In this document: positions 40,201 through 53,199 of the stretch, one piece after another | Position numbering within the stretch: the stretch's first letter is position 1 | How the letters are laid out: each line of letters opens with the position of its first letter | Assembly (NCBI RefSeq): GCF_036588685.1 | Contig: NC_086379.1 | Location: forward strand, 41,354,001-41,418,000 | DNA length: 64,000 bases | From: Mytilus trossulus | Lineage: Eukaryota | Reading direction: 5' to 3' | Translations under genes and position numbers: made by a program | The notes under the pieces: model-generated | Told to the model about the DNA's origin: nothing | The model's database searches: none | What the model saw: only the letters and a program-made list of their open reading frames with translations

Positions 40201-42508
40201 GTTTCAATAATGATATCATAACTGAAAAATGAGACTAATGACAATCATTAAGGAAAAGTTAGTATGTTTCTTTAGTACGTTTTACCCTTCCGCTAAATTG
40301 AGATCATTACCAGCTTTTTGTGGTGTTCCTACTGTTTATTCCATAGTGTTTGTCTAGATGTGATTTGACTCTATTTGTGGCAGGGTGTTGTATGTCCGTC
40401 TATGGCTTATGTTACTAATTTCCGTTCTTTTAACACATACTGACTCTGCAGAAAGGAATAATTTACATCCTCCTTACATTTCTCTATCTGCCGCCGTCAT
40501 CCATGAGGACAATTACAACAATACATTAAAAGATAAAATATATTCCACGTGTACACAGTGTTACCTCAAATACATTATGCTATTATTTAAATAAAGAAAA
40601 AAGTAATTAAAATATTGTAAAGACTTAATTTGTTTTGTGTTGTTTTAAAAAAACATTTCTCTGACATAGTAGTATTTATACACCAAAAAATAGACGCATA
40701 ACAAAAGTGAAATGTAAGTTCACCGGAACATAGATATTTGAAACAATTTTCTTAAAACGACCGCAATAGACGAGACGGGTGCATCTGTGTGTAGTACTTA
40801 TAAAATATATCAGAACTACCAAAACATCATGAATGCATGAATTTCTTTTAGGGACACTAGGAAAGCTGTTCAGGAGAAAACGTTGTGTATCATCTTGTTT
40901 GTCTTGTGAGAAATTGAACGATAAGAAATACACAATAAGTTGGATCATTGAGTCAGGTAGGTATCTGTTTCGATTAGTTTACAAATGTAAGGAGAAAAAC
41001 GTTATATAACTTCCTTTTCAAATAATTTAGGATCTTACTAAAATTACTCTTTACATTTCTTTTGCGTATTTTCTGAAAATAAATTGTAATTGCTATTATT
41101 ATGTTTTTATCATGGTTAAATGTCTTAAACTGAAGGTTTGTCCGGATCCATTGAATACAAAATGTGAGTTAATATCATCAGAACCAGTCTAAGTATTTCC
41201 TCTAAAAGACGTGATATGAGAGTAACGTTCATAGTGTGTAATTTTGAAAAATCAAAGCTGACTACATTATTCTAAGTTATAGTGTTGTTCTGTATAAAGA
41301 AAAAGCACACTAATATTCTTATAAAAGTGAAGGAATTTCGAGCTGAGGCTTACATGAAATTTTCACTACATTTATAATACAAATAGCAAACAATAAACTT
41401 GCATCTAAAAAAATAAAATCGTCATATTTATATCTAGCCTTTGCAATGAAGCCTTTAAATACCATAAGTAATGCTTATCAGAAAATATAGCTTGGTGAAA
41501 AATTTTGCAATCATATTGAATGTCAAAACCTTTGATCATAAATGTGCTTTTTATCGTAGTTTGTGGTTCAGATACAGCAAGACAAAAGAATAAAGAAATG
41601 GCTGAAATAACATTCCTAAAAGACATGTACACTAAAATAAAAGACCACGAACTGATAACAAAGGTATGCACTTACAGTTTATGTTATCATACACGTTGTC
41701 TCTTCCTATTTTTTACTGCACAGTTTCGTCAAAGAATGTAGATATTGGAATTTCAAAATTTATTATCAAAGATACAGCTTTTGAAGGCTTATAATTTAGT
41801 ACGCCAGACGCGTGTTTCGTCTACAAACGACTCATCAATGACGCTCAGATCAAATTAGTTAGAAAGCCAAACAAGTACAAAAATAAAGAGCATTGAGGAC
41901 CAAAACTTCAACAAAAGTTTGGGTTAATACGGCTACGGTATTTAAATCTTTCCCTGGGAAGGGAAAATCCTTAGTTTTTCGAATATTTCCACTTTTGAAA
42001 ACAGTAAGTTTATAAAAATGACCATTTAATTGATATTCATGAAAACACCAAAGTCATGACTACTGGGCTTGTGATACTCTCGTGTACAAAACGTCCACCA
42101 GCAATGGCATTGACACAGTGGTGTCAATAATTATCAAAGATACAAGAAGTATTATTTAATATGCCAGCCACACATTTCGTCTACATAAGACTCAAAAGGG
42201 ACGCTCAGATCAAAATAGTTAAAACTATATTTTCCTATATCTATATATTGTGTAGACAAGGAATAAAAGATTTCTAAACAGATGGTAACTCATTTTATTT
42301 CAAATTTCAGATTGAGTATGATTTGTCTTCAAATGCATGGAGTGGACTTATGATTTACATGGACACATTTGCCTCGATCGGAGGGAAACTGGTGCAACAG
42401 ATAACGGGTGACCTGGACATTTCTGCACCCGTAAGAACAGGGTGGTCGATAGCACAACAAATATTTGATGCAGAAATAGAAAATAGGCAATCAAGCACGA
42501 CAGTCTGA
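37216..42508 (+). CDS. Gene E: secreted precursor (380 aa); recent paralog of D
   Basis: Exons 37216-37339, 38797-38953, 39435-39889, 40852-40956, 41560-41663, 42311-42508; GT-AG; total 1143 nt in frame; exons 2-5 are the same sizes as in D. CQNKLNSTINGCSTCKTDLC; TLGKLFRRKRCVSSCLSC; IEYDLSS...STTV*. Confidence 0.9.
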
Positions 42509-43532
42509 TGACTATGACGTTTTAAGGACACATTCTTATTATATCCTCTCATATTGCTTTTATGAATAAAGTTTTGGCTTTTTGTTACTATCTATTTTAT
42601 CAATTTGTCTTCTGTCATTGTTATCTATTGATAGCTTCATTCTTTTTCATCAACACTATCTTCGAAATATCTTAGTCGTAACTAATACTGATAAAGTTGA
42701 TTTTTCTCGATATGCGCATTTACAGTGTGATCTAAAGACATTTTCTATGTGTCGAATTTTAAATTCTAATGTGGCATTATATTGCCAATAGATATAATTT
42801 AAAACTAAGGAATGGGTCTCCCTTTTGCAAGGATCTGGTTTATTGCCCACCTTTGGTTGTACCTTTTATATCTTTTTGAATTAAGGCTATTCATCTTTTT
42901 AAGTTTTTGATTTTCAAATAATAACTGAAGTTACATTTATTATCGAAATGTGCATCTGGTCCAAAATAAAAATGGTAACGTAAATGTTATAACTATCACT
43001 GGGTCGATGCCTCTGCTGGTGGACTGTTAGCCACTGTATACCAGCCCAGTAACCAGTATTCCCGTACTGCCAGGAAAATACGGATTTGGTTGTTTTTAAA
43101 TTTAGCTTTTACAAAAATTATTTTAAATTGAATTGTATCTCCCTCATGCAAAGCTCTGATTTAACTATACTGTTTGTACTATTTTGGATAATTATATACA
43201 ATAGATCTTTATCTTTTAAATAAGCTTTAAACTCGCAAATTTTTCGACCTCTAGCATCGCCAAAGAGACATTTATTGTCGAAATACGCATTTGGTGCTGA
43301 ACAAATTTGTACTTTTGACGTTATTCATAGTTCTCGTTTACACATTTTATTTAAATCTTTCAAACATTAATACTAAATATTTCGTAAAGTATGTGTTCCC
43401 ACTATGACGTAACAGTACACGAGACATATTCATTCGATTTGGAGATAAGTCATAACATAGAACTGTATATCACGAGCCACACTACTGATATCTTCTATCA
43501 ACATTTGATCTGACAATACTAGTACTGCAAGC

Positions 43533-46500
43533 ATGAGGTCGTTGATATTCTTGGCTGTTATAACTGCTGCTGTATTCCAATGCAATTGTTCCAGTATTGT
43601 CAAAAGGCAATACTTTGCAAACTTGGACGATGGGAACTTACAAAGTAGGTATAAGTTTTTCAAAATTATGGATTAAGTTAACAATAAATAACATGATACC
43701 TTATATTAGGAAAATACAATGTTGGTTCGCAGTGATAGAAATCAAAATGCTGGACCGTTCAAAATGTGTATTTAAAACATCAGAAGAACACTCACTCCCG
43801 GTTTATCACATTAAAAATTGCTAGTCATCACTAACTTGTTGAACCCAGTTCCCTTATGATATCGATGTTTAAAATTTGAAGTAGTAAGTTGGTCTCCTAG
43901 TCGATACGATAGTCCGTAGGTAAAATAACAATATATATGATGACTTTATTGACAAAAGGTTAGCACTTAAAATGAAGCTATTAAACCAAGGTGATGAAGT
44001 TGAAATCATCCTTTTGAAAAGAAAAAAAAATATATGTTTCACTGATGACGACGAATATGTTCAATTTTCTCTTGACATCTCGTAGTTAATAGAAACATCA
44101 CCCAAACGATAAACAGGTGATCAACACAACGATTGCCACATGTGAAGCAGGAATTGCTTATTCTTCTGGGGAACCCGAAATTACGCCTGGTTTTTGATGG
44201 AGTATCCGGTTTTTGTGGCATTGTTCACTCTGAATGCATTTGTGTATTAGTGTGAATTATGTTCGTCTTTATCTTGTGTTTATTTGAGGGGACGGTGTTG
44301 CTTGTATTTATAAATAAAAAGAAGTGGATTTTATGAAAACAAGACAACTTTCCATCTAAATCACAACTTATAAAAGTTAACAATTATAGTTGGCTCACAC
44401 AAAACAGCAAGCTAAGGCTCTAAAGGGCCAAACACAAATAGGAAGTGTAAAGCTATTTAAACAGAAATACCAACAGTCAAATATATATGTTAAAGAGAAA
44501 CAAGAAACAAGAAACACCTATAAACCATTCCAACAAACCACTACTACAGAACAACAGGCTCCTGACTTAGGACAACTGCATACAAATGCAGCGGGTATTA
44601 ACGTTTTTTTAAACACCTTTGCCCTAACCCAAGACCGTAGTCACTGTGCTTAAACGGCCGTGGGTAACTTAAGTTACCCACAGCCCAAGATGGAGCCGCC
44701 TGGCTTCGGTTAGGAAGTTTGCTTCTATATAACTACAATACCATGTATACAAAAGAAATGTTCAGTAATTAAAAAGTTATATAAATCTTTTAGGGAAACT
44801 ATGCAATGTAAAACGTGGTTTGTTAATACAAAAAAAACGATTACAGCACGATTTTCCAAAACACTTATGATGTCCGTAACTTCAAAACATCTTGTCCGTA
44901 ACTTTTTTCCTTATACCAAAAGGGATGTCCGTAACTTTAGCATGATGTCAGTTACTTTCAAAGAATCTTTATTCATGTATGTAATTATTTTTAAAAAGAA
45001 ATGATAAATAACAAAAATACCGAACTCCTAGGAATATTCAAACGGGAAGTCCTTTATGGAACGGCAAAGCCAAAAGCTCAATTTTACACACCAAACGAAT
45101 GGAAAACAACGGTCATATTCCTGCCTTGGTACAGGCATTAAAGTCTCTTATCAAATGGAAAACCCCAAAGCTCAACTGAATGGATAACAATTGCTATTTT
45201 CCTGACTTGGTACAGGCATTTTCTTATGTAGAAAATTGTACAGAAAAATCAAGGTATCTTACATTCTACTGGCTTTATAGATTGTTAACTGCTTAAGTTT
45301 TAGATGATAAATCATGAAATGCAGGTTATAAATCTCACCATTTTCAACTGTAGAAATTACATAAATAGTGAACATATGAAAATCACCTTTAATAGGAGAA
45401 CAAGTTCGGAGGTAAATCCTTAGCAGAAATACATAGATGAATCAGTCCAAACCTCTAAAGAAGATATGTATGATTTGATACCCGATCTTATTGAATCCCT
45501 GAGGTCAATGAAACTTTTAGAAGATTTTAAATCTACCTTTATTGCTTCAATAAAATGACACCTGTTTAACAATATAGCCTTCCATCTACTCCTAGATATT
45601 GGCATTTTTTCTTTCTCACAATCAACAACACATCTAGCTAGATATGGTGAAGAGACCATACTTTTTGGCTAACAATTCAAAAATTATTTAAAGGAAAGGG
45701 TACCATTTTTTTCTGCGGCTACACAGGCCAAGGACTTATCAGTACACAATCTATAAAGCTAGAAGAATGTTAGATAAATTTCGCCGTACCGTCAGATCCC
45801 GTTTTATTCCGGGAATAATTTTTAAAAAAATAATGGAAAATCTGTGACACTCTGGTTTGCTCGTTATCTATGTAATAATTAAGGGGTTTAATAGTGTTTG
45901 TTGTCCTTTAAGTGTTGAGATTGTTAATCTTACAATTTTGAGAAAAAGTTACCCACATCCGAAAATGAAGTTACGGACAGTCTTATTATTTTTGACATAT
46001 AAGTTACGGACATCTTATGCATTTTTTAAAAGTTGACCTTGCGCTGAAGTGAAGTCAAAATTAACAAATTTGTAGTGACGGTAAGTGATTTCTTTATTCA
46101 AAAATCCAATCCATATTTACAAAGATCATGAAAAAACGTTGCAAAACGTAGATTTCGTATCAACTATCATCTCAACAAGTTTAGAGTCCGCCATCTTGGG
46201 CTGTGGGTAACTTAAGTTACCCACGGCCGTTTAAGCACAGTGGTAGTGTAAAAAACATAAAAAGACACACTAGAAAATATAAATTGAGATGGGTTAACTC
46301 GATCAAAAAGATATTTAAACAAAAACAGGTGAACATACACTAAACGAATACGTTTGATCTATGACAATATTAAAACGTAGGTGTCTGTATAAGTAAAGGT
46401 ACCAGTACATTGCTGGTGTTCAAAAGTCACGATTCGATTGAGAGAAAATGAATCAGTTACAAACTAAAGCCGAGGGATACACATCAAACACAGAACTACT

Positions 46501-49500
46501 GAAGTGAAACAAAAACAAACGCCAACTACATGACAGGAATACAGCACAAACAAACGCCAACTACATGACAGGAATACAACACAAACAAACGCCAACTACA
46601 TGACAGGAATACAGCACAAAAAAACGCCAACTACATGACAGGAATACAACACAAACAAACGCCAACTTCATGACAGGAATACAACACAAACAAACGCCAG
46701 CTACATGACAGGAATACAGCACAAACAAACGCCAACTACATGACAGGAATACAACACAAACAAACGCCAACTTCATGACAGGAATACAGCACAAACAAAC
46801 GCCAACTACATGACAGGAATACAACACAAACAAACGCCAACTTCATGACAGGAATACAACACAAACAAACGCCAGCTACATGACAGGAATACAACACAAA
46901 CAAACGCCAACTTCATGACAGGAATACAGCACAAACAAACGCCAGCTACATGACAGGAATACGCACAAACAAACGCCAGCTACATGGCAGGAATACAGTG
47001 CAAACAAACGCCAGCTACATGACAGAAATACAGCGCAAACAAACGCCAGCTATATGACAGGAATACAGCACAAACAAACGCCAGCTACATGACAGCAATA
47101 CAGCGCAAACAAACGCCAGATACATGACAGGAATACAGCGCAGACAAGCGCCAGATACATGACAGGAATACAGCTCGAACAAACGCCAGCTACATGACAG
47201 GAATACAGCACAAACAAACTCAGGAACACTGAGCACAAACAAACTCAGGAACACTGACACAAATAAATAATATAATAGTACATCACAACATGTAAACCAC
47301 AACAGAATAACAACACATATCTTCCATTAGCGACAGCACGGGACGCCACAAACAGTGACGTGTATTATATAGATGTTATAGGTAGTAACAAAAAAAATAG
47401 ACGTAGAAAGAGTGTCAATATGGCAACCTGTACCTAAAACAAATGGCGTTAAATAAATCAACGTCCACATATAACGTTGGGTATAATTATTTTGTTGTAT
47501 AAGAAGTACGGAAGTAAATTTATTTTACAAAATTCATTAATTTGTTGTTCATTGTAAGAGTACAGAAGTGACTAGGACTACTGTATGATAACATTGGTAT
47601 CTTATTACTTTAAACTCGCCCACAATGAATCATTAAGACAACTTTTACATTGTATATGTAGCATTCATATGTATAATCATTTTGGTGAAATGCCATTTTA
47701 TCAAAAATGTTTTAATTTTTCAGAGCTTGATATTGAAGTTAGACGAGAAATTATAATAATGATCGTAGAACAAATCAACAAAACAGCAGAACAACAAAAA
47801 CAGTTGTCAAAGACTTGTGAAGTTAAAATCAATGGCTCTATCGACAACTGTAAAGCTTGTAATCAAGACTTGTGTGTCCCGTGAGTTGGTTTTATCATGA
47901 TTTTGAATATTTCTATACACAATGTTCTTAAATATTATAGAATTAAGAAACGAGCTCCTGTCATTGTTGTAAAACATGGAAGAATTGTTAGCAACATAAA
48001 ATTTAACGAAAACATTAGTAATTGTGTAGGGAAGATAATCATTGTTAAGTTATAAAATGTATATACCTTAGAATAGAAGAACGTCTGAGTCAGTGACAAC
48101 TTTACAACAGAATAGAAGATATACAGTAGATGAATCATACTTTCACGGTTGTGTGTTTTTTTAGATAAAATGTGTTGTTGTGTAAGTTTACTCACGTAAA
48201 TGAGACATATATATACAAAAATGTATATTTGTTTTTAGACAGCCACCTCCTGTTTATGAAGCTATTCTGATAGCTGTTGGAACAGAGGCCCTCAAACCAG
48301 TCCTTGCTGCAGGAGAATTTGTAAAATCTATTGGATCACAATTGTCATCCACTACCAAATTCCTAGGAGGCGAAGCAGGCGAATTTGTTAAAGACCTTGG
48401 AAGCGTTTCTAAAAACATTGGCAATGGTTTAAAAGATGGCGTAAATAAAGCTTTGGATACGATAGGATCTGGTTTTGAAAGTCTTGGCAATAAATTCGCA
48501 GATCTCGGTAACAGCTTGGCTTCTGGAGCAACTGATCTAGCAAACGGTCTAGGAAGTGGTACAACAGATTTGTTGAATGGACTTGGATCAGAATTTACAG
48601 GTCTATCTGGCCAGCTTGGAGGTGGATTAGACTCACTAGGTGGTTCACTTACGGATCTTGGTAACAAACTCGTGGATGGAGTCAAGAATGTAGGAAATTC
48701 GATTGGAAATACATTTGGTCGTGAGTTATACTACGCAAAACATACTAGATATCCATACCATGTAATTATTTCTCTAGAATGGGTAGTTTTTAATTACAAT
48801 GATACCGCTCCCGTTATTTCAGGAGCGAGCACAACTTTTAACATAGAAATAATTAATTAAGTTACATGTATATAAGACATATAACCATCATACACATTCA
48901 TATTAATAAGTCAATTCACAATACGACAATGTGACGTTCTTTACTTTAAAATGGTGTCATACTGTGATAGATGATTGTATTTAAAATTTTGGTTTTCAAA
49001 TGAATATTGAACATATTAGAAAAAAAAAAATTTGAATAATTATAATTAATTTTAAGTATTTTAATGACAAAATGATAGAAAAGTGTCGAATTTTAAATAT
49101 GTTCCTGTCCATTATACAGATATTTTTGGTAAACGTTGTGTACAGACATGCCCAGTATGTGAAAAACTTGATATAAAGAAACACACAAAGGAAGAAGTTT
49201 TACAATCAGGTATTATTTTTCATTTTATAGACTGTATTAGTTTTAGTGCAATGTTGAGTCTATAGATTTTCTATCTTTCTAATCTTTAAGTGTTGGTTTT
49301 GCATTGATGTTGGTCAAATAGGCTTTGTATATCCATTTCTTTTTTTAAACTCTGCTGTGAGATGTCTCTTTGACAATAATACTACATCTCATTATATACT
49401 TCACTAGAAAATGTATATTTAAAGTGCAAAATTATAATTAATATTAACTTCTTTTTGTCTCTTATTGATAATTGTCTTTTTTTGTGTATTATTATTAATA

Positions 49501-50391
49501 AGCAACACTGCATATCCTTGTTACAATTATTTCTACAAAACTAATCAAACAAAAAAACGAAGCAAGCAAAATATGCTTCAAAACTTTTCAGTGATTCTTG
49601 GAATAAGAAGATTTTTTTTTATTTTGCTCAAACAGTTGTTATGTTAACAATTTCAGTGTGTGGAGCAAATACGATTTCCAGTCAAAAGAATGCTATTGAA
49701 ACAATTGCATATCTCAGATCTCTTTACAACACTACCCTCACAAACCATATCGTATCTAAGGTAAAGTATTGATAAAGATTCTTAAATAAAAAAAAAGTAT
49801 ACCTTATTTTCACTTTATCCTCTGTTTGTTTTTTTGTTTTTTAAGAATATCGTTTTAGTGGTCTCATAAATCGGGAATGTGAAGATACTATTAGTATGGC
49901 TTTTTGAGTCAAAAGAGGCGCAACATACCGAAGGAGTGTTCAAGCTCATGAGTCGAGAATAAGCTGAAAACGCCATGGCAAGAAAAAAAAAGAAGCAAGA
50001 CAACAATTCATACTAGTATACAAAACACAGCGCAGAAAACTATATACTGAGTAGATATTTCATAACTGTCAACCAACTCGTAAGATTTCCGAAAACGAAT
50101 CGTGAGTATGTCGTTCTACTTTAATATCTATTAATATATAAATTGATGAAGATAATGTGCAGTCATCATTAACGATCTAAAATACTTGAACATATCTTTT
50201 TCTGATTTCTCTTGCAGGTTGAGTATGATCCAACTTCAATTAAAACAGTTGGTGGTGTCTCCTTTACAAATAATTTTGTAACATACACACTGTACGGACA
50301 AACCGTCCGTCTTCATTCTAGCACAGACTTAAAAATAACAGACATAACAGCAACCGCAAAGACAGTTGCTCATCAAATTTTGAAAAAATAA
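43533..50391 (+). CDS. Gene F: secreted precursor (372 aa) with a Gly-rich, net anionic 11-mer amphipathic insert
   Basis: Exons 43533-43644, 47724-47880, 48239-48720, 49120-49209, 49657-49760, 50218-50391; GT-AG; total 1119 nt in frame. Signal peptide MRSLIFLAVITAAVFQCNC followed by IVKR; CEVKINGSIDNCKACNQDLC; HIFGKRCVQTCPVC; VCG; VEYDPTS...ILKK*. Exon 1 is assigned across a 4-kb TE-filled intron by phase and by similarity to exon 1 of G. Confidence 0.88.
44642..46242. mobile_element. Non-autonomous Transib/RAG-like DNA transposon in intron 1 of gene F
   Basis: Perfect 52-bp TIRs (44642-44693, 46191-46242) starting CACTGTG; 5-bp TSD GTAGT (44637-44641, 46243-46247); subterminal TGTCCGTAACTT x3 on the left and AAGTTACGGACA x2 on the right. 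Confidence 0.8.
46509..47220. repeat. 35-bp minisatellite (ACAAACAAACGCCAACTACATGACAGGAATACAGC), about 20 copies, in intron 1 of gene F
   Basis: Directly visible tandem units, degenerating toward the right end; explains the Cys/Val-rich minus-strand ORFs at 46561-47302. Confidence 0.95.
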
Positions 50392-52454
50392 AAATTCAGA
50401 CTTCTTTTGATTTGTTATTTTATTTACATTGCAGCCAAAAAAGCCTGATTCTCAGAAAAACTAAACGGACCGCCTGCCCTTTTGAATCTCATCCATTTTA
50501 TTTTCCATGGCAAAGAATTATATTTTGAACTTTACTTGTTTAATAAGTCAAAATTTTATACTGATATTTTTATTCTTTCGGATCACAGATTGAACATAAC
50601 GAAGGCTTTTTATATGTGGAATGATTGCCAAGCGAGAAAACTAACGACCTAATTTATGTATACAAAAAATCAATTAACGAGAAACAAATATCTTACACAG
50701 CAAGAAACGATAACTGAGTTACAGGTGCTTCAGAAGGATAGTCAGATCCTGCTCCACATGTATCACCTACTGTGTTATGCCCATCATTCAAGTACAAAAA
50801 TAAGTGATGGTCTTATTCCGTAGGTCACATCCGAGGAAATCAATATGTGGCCTTAACTATTTGAATATATCCGTCGCTGTTTGGTTGAAATTCCAAAAGA
50901 ACATACATATGTAAATGAAAATATAATAATAGTATGATTGCTTAAGATTTATGAATGGGTTCTTTTACGGGGACTAAATGCTTCAATTCAAAATAAATAC
51001 TGTAATTCCTTAATGAATCGAGTTACCGATATAAATGATATTTGATGGGTTTTTTTTACTACAAAGACATATGAGAAGCAATAGTTATCTAAGAGAGGCG
51101 AAATAAAGATATCAAAAAGATAGTCAAACTAGACAACAAGCGTCCTTCATTTTGAGTCATCCTTTTCTTCTTCTAACGAAAACCTTTATGACGTGCTTTT
51201 GGTGTTACTAGTGGAACTAGAATCTAACTGGTACTGCTTGATGTTTGCATGAGCTTACCATTAATTTGTCAGCAATTAGTGCAGACAAGAAATTACTAAG
51301 TACACACAGTTCTGGAGAAGTTGTAAGAGTAAAAAAGAACGCCGCAAGTTTGCGCCTGTCCCAAGTCAGGAGCCTTAGTCTGGTCTTTGTTATTCTTGTA
51401 TGATTTTTAATTTTTGTTTCTTGTGTATAAGTCGCCTCGGACTTTAGTATGACGTCCATTATCACTGAACTAGTATACATATGTGTTTAGGGGCCAGCTA
51501 AAGGACGCTTCCGGGTGCGGGAGTTTTTCACTACATTGAAGACCTGTTGTTGGCCTTCTGCTGTTGTCTGCTCTATGGTCGGGCTGTTCCCGCTTTGACA
51601 CATCCCACATTTACATTTTCAATTTTATCATCCCTTCGCTAAGTTTATTCTCTGAAGTCTAGTGTAAAAGACTAGCAATTCTAGACTGAGTTTTCATACC
51701 TCTAGTTCTATACATGTACATTTCTTATATCGAGAAATATGTCAAAGCAAAGGTATTGATACGTGAAACACAAAGGTTTTAATACAGTTTTGCCAGTTTG
51801 TTTATCATTATTATTGTTTATTAGAACCACCGTAACGCCTACAATAACAAATAAGGGGATGTGGCATGATTGCCAACATGACAACTACAGTGGAGATCAC
51901 TTCTAACCTCTCGTTAAATCTGTCAGGAGAACTGTTCTAGAACAGTACGAAGAACTGTCAGCCTGACACCTTTTAGTCAGTTCTAGGTTAGAACTGTTCT
52001 AGCTAGAACTGATTTGGTCAGTTCTACCTAGAACTGATTTGGACAGTTCTACCTAGAACTGATCCTGACAGTTCTGCCCTAGAACTGATTTGGACAGTTC
52101 TACCTAGAAATGATCCTGACAGTTCTACCCTAGAACAGTTTTAGTCAGTTCTACTTCTAGAACAGTTCTGCGGTTAGAATTGATTACAAATTCTACGGCT
52201 AGAATTGATTTATAAATTCTACGGATAGATTTTGATTTATAAATTCTACGGCTAGAATTGATTTATAAACCTACGGCTAAAATATTGATTTATATATTCT
52301 ACGTCTAGAATTGATTTATAAGTTTTAAGAACTCTTTGTCTAAATATAAAGGCTTCGGCAAAATAGCGATTAATATTATAAAGAGTTTTGCTATTTTGCC
52401 GGTTTTATTTCAAATTTTTCGTGGGCAAGAGACTGTGACATGTTTAACCCCGCC

Positions 52455-52804
52455 AGAGAGCCGTGGTGTAGTGGTTAGTGCATCGGACTACTAACACAAA
52501 GGTTCCTGGTTCGATTCCCGTCTGGGATGAAAATTTCAGGAACTCAATTTTCGGCTCTCCCTCGACACCATTTGCGAGTATGGTCTTGAGGAAACGATGA
52601 TAGTCCGTCGGAAGGGGACGATAAATGGCTGACCCGTGTTAAGAGAGAGCCATATCTCTTGCACGTAAAAGACACCCTTGTAGATTTCGAAAAAGAGTAG
52701 GCTAATGCCGCTACAAGGCAGAACTCGCACCCGCAAAGTGGAAAGGGATTAATATAAGTTGCAAAACTTGTTTCCCAATCCACTATAAATAAATATGTTT
52801 AAAC
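52455..52804 (+). mobile_element. tRNA-derived SINE, full length
   Basis: Pol III A box TGGTGTAGTGG (52464-52474) and B box GGTTCGATTCC (52508-52518); TSD TAACCCCGCC (52445-52454, 52805-52814). The central TCGGAAGGGGACGATAAA...CACGTAAAAGACACCC...TTTCGAAAAAGAGTAGG resembles the Deu/Nin SINE core (from memory). Confidence 0.9.
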
Positions 52805-53199
52805 TAACCCCGCCATATTCTGCATGTACATGTATGTGACTGTTCCAAGTCAGGAGCATGTAATTCAGTGATTTTCTTTTGTTGATGTGTTACATAAATT
52901 ATTTGTTTTCTTCCATTTTTTAACATAAATTAAACCGTTAATATTTGGAGGGGGGGGGGGGCATTTTTATTTCAATTGTTTTACATTTGTCATTCGGGGA
53001 GTCAGGATGACTCGTTTTACATAACAAAATTATCTGACCTTAATGTAATACGTTATTCCGGCCCAGACCACCACGGACGGATCCAGCAGTTTTAAAAGGG
53101 GGGTCCCAACCCAGGAAAAAGGGGGAGGGTCCAACTAAATGTCCTCATTCAAATGCATGAGCGTCAAAAAAAGGGGGGTCCCCCACCGCTCTGGATCTA

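Noticed and set aside
46509-47220. 35-bp repeats as a CRISPR array
   Set aside because: The units are directly adjacent with no unique spacers, lie in a eukaryotic intron, and no cas genes are present. This is a minisatellite.
48254-48685. 143-aa minus-strand Pro/Ser-rich ORF
   Set aside because: Antisense shadow of the Gly-rich exon 3 of gene F.
52455-52530. tRNA gene (also at ~59870-59944)
   Set aside because: It has A and B boxes but no clean acceptor stem, and it continues into a ~280-bp shared body with TSDs. It is the SINE head.
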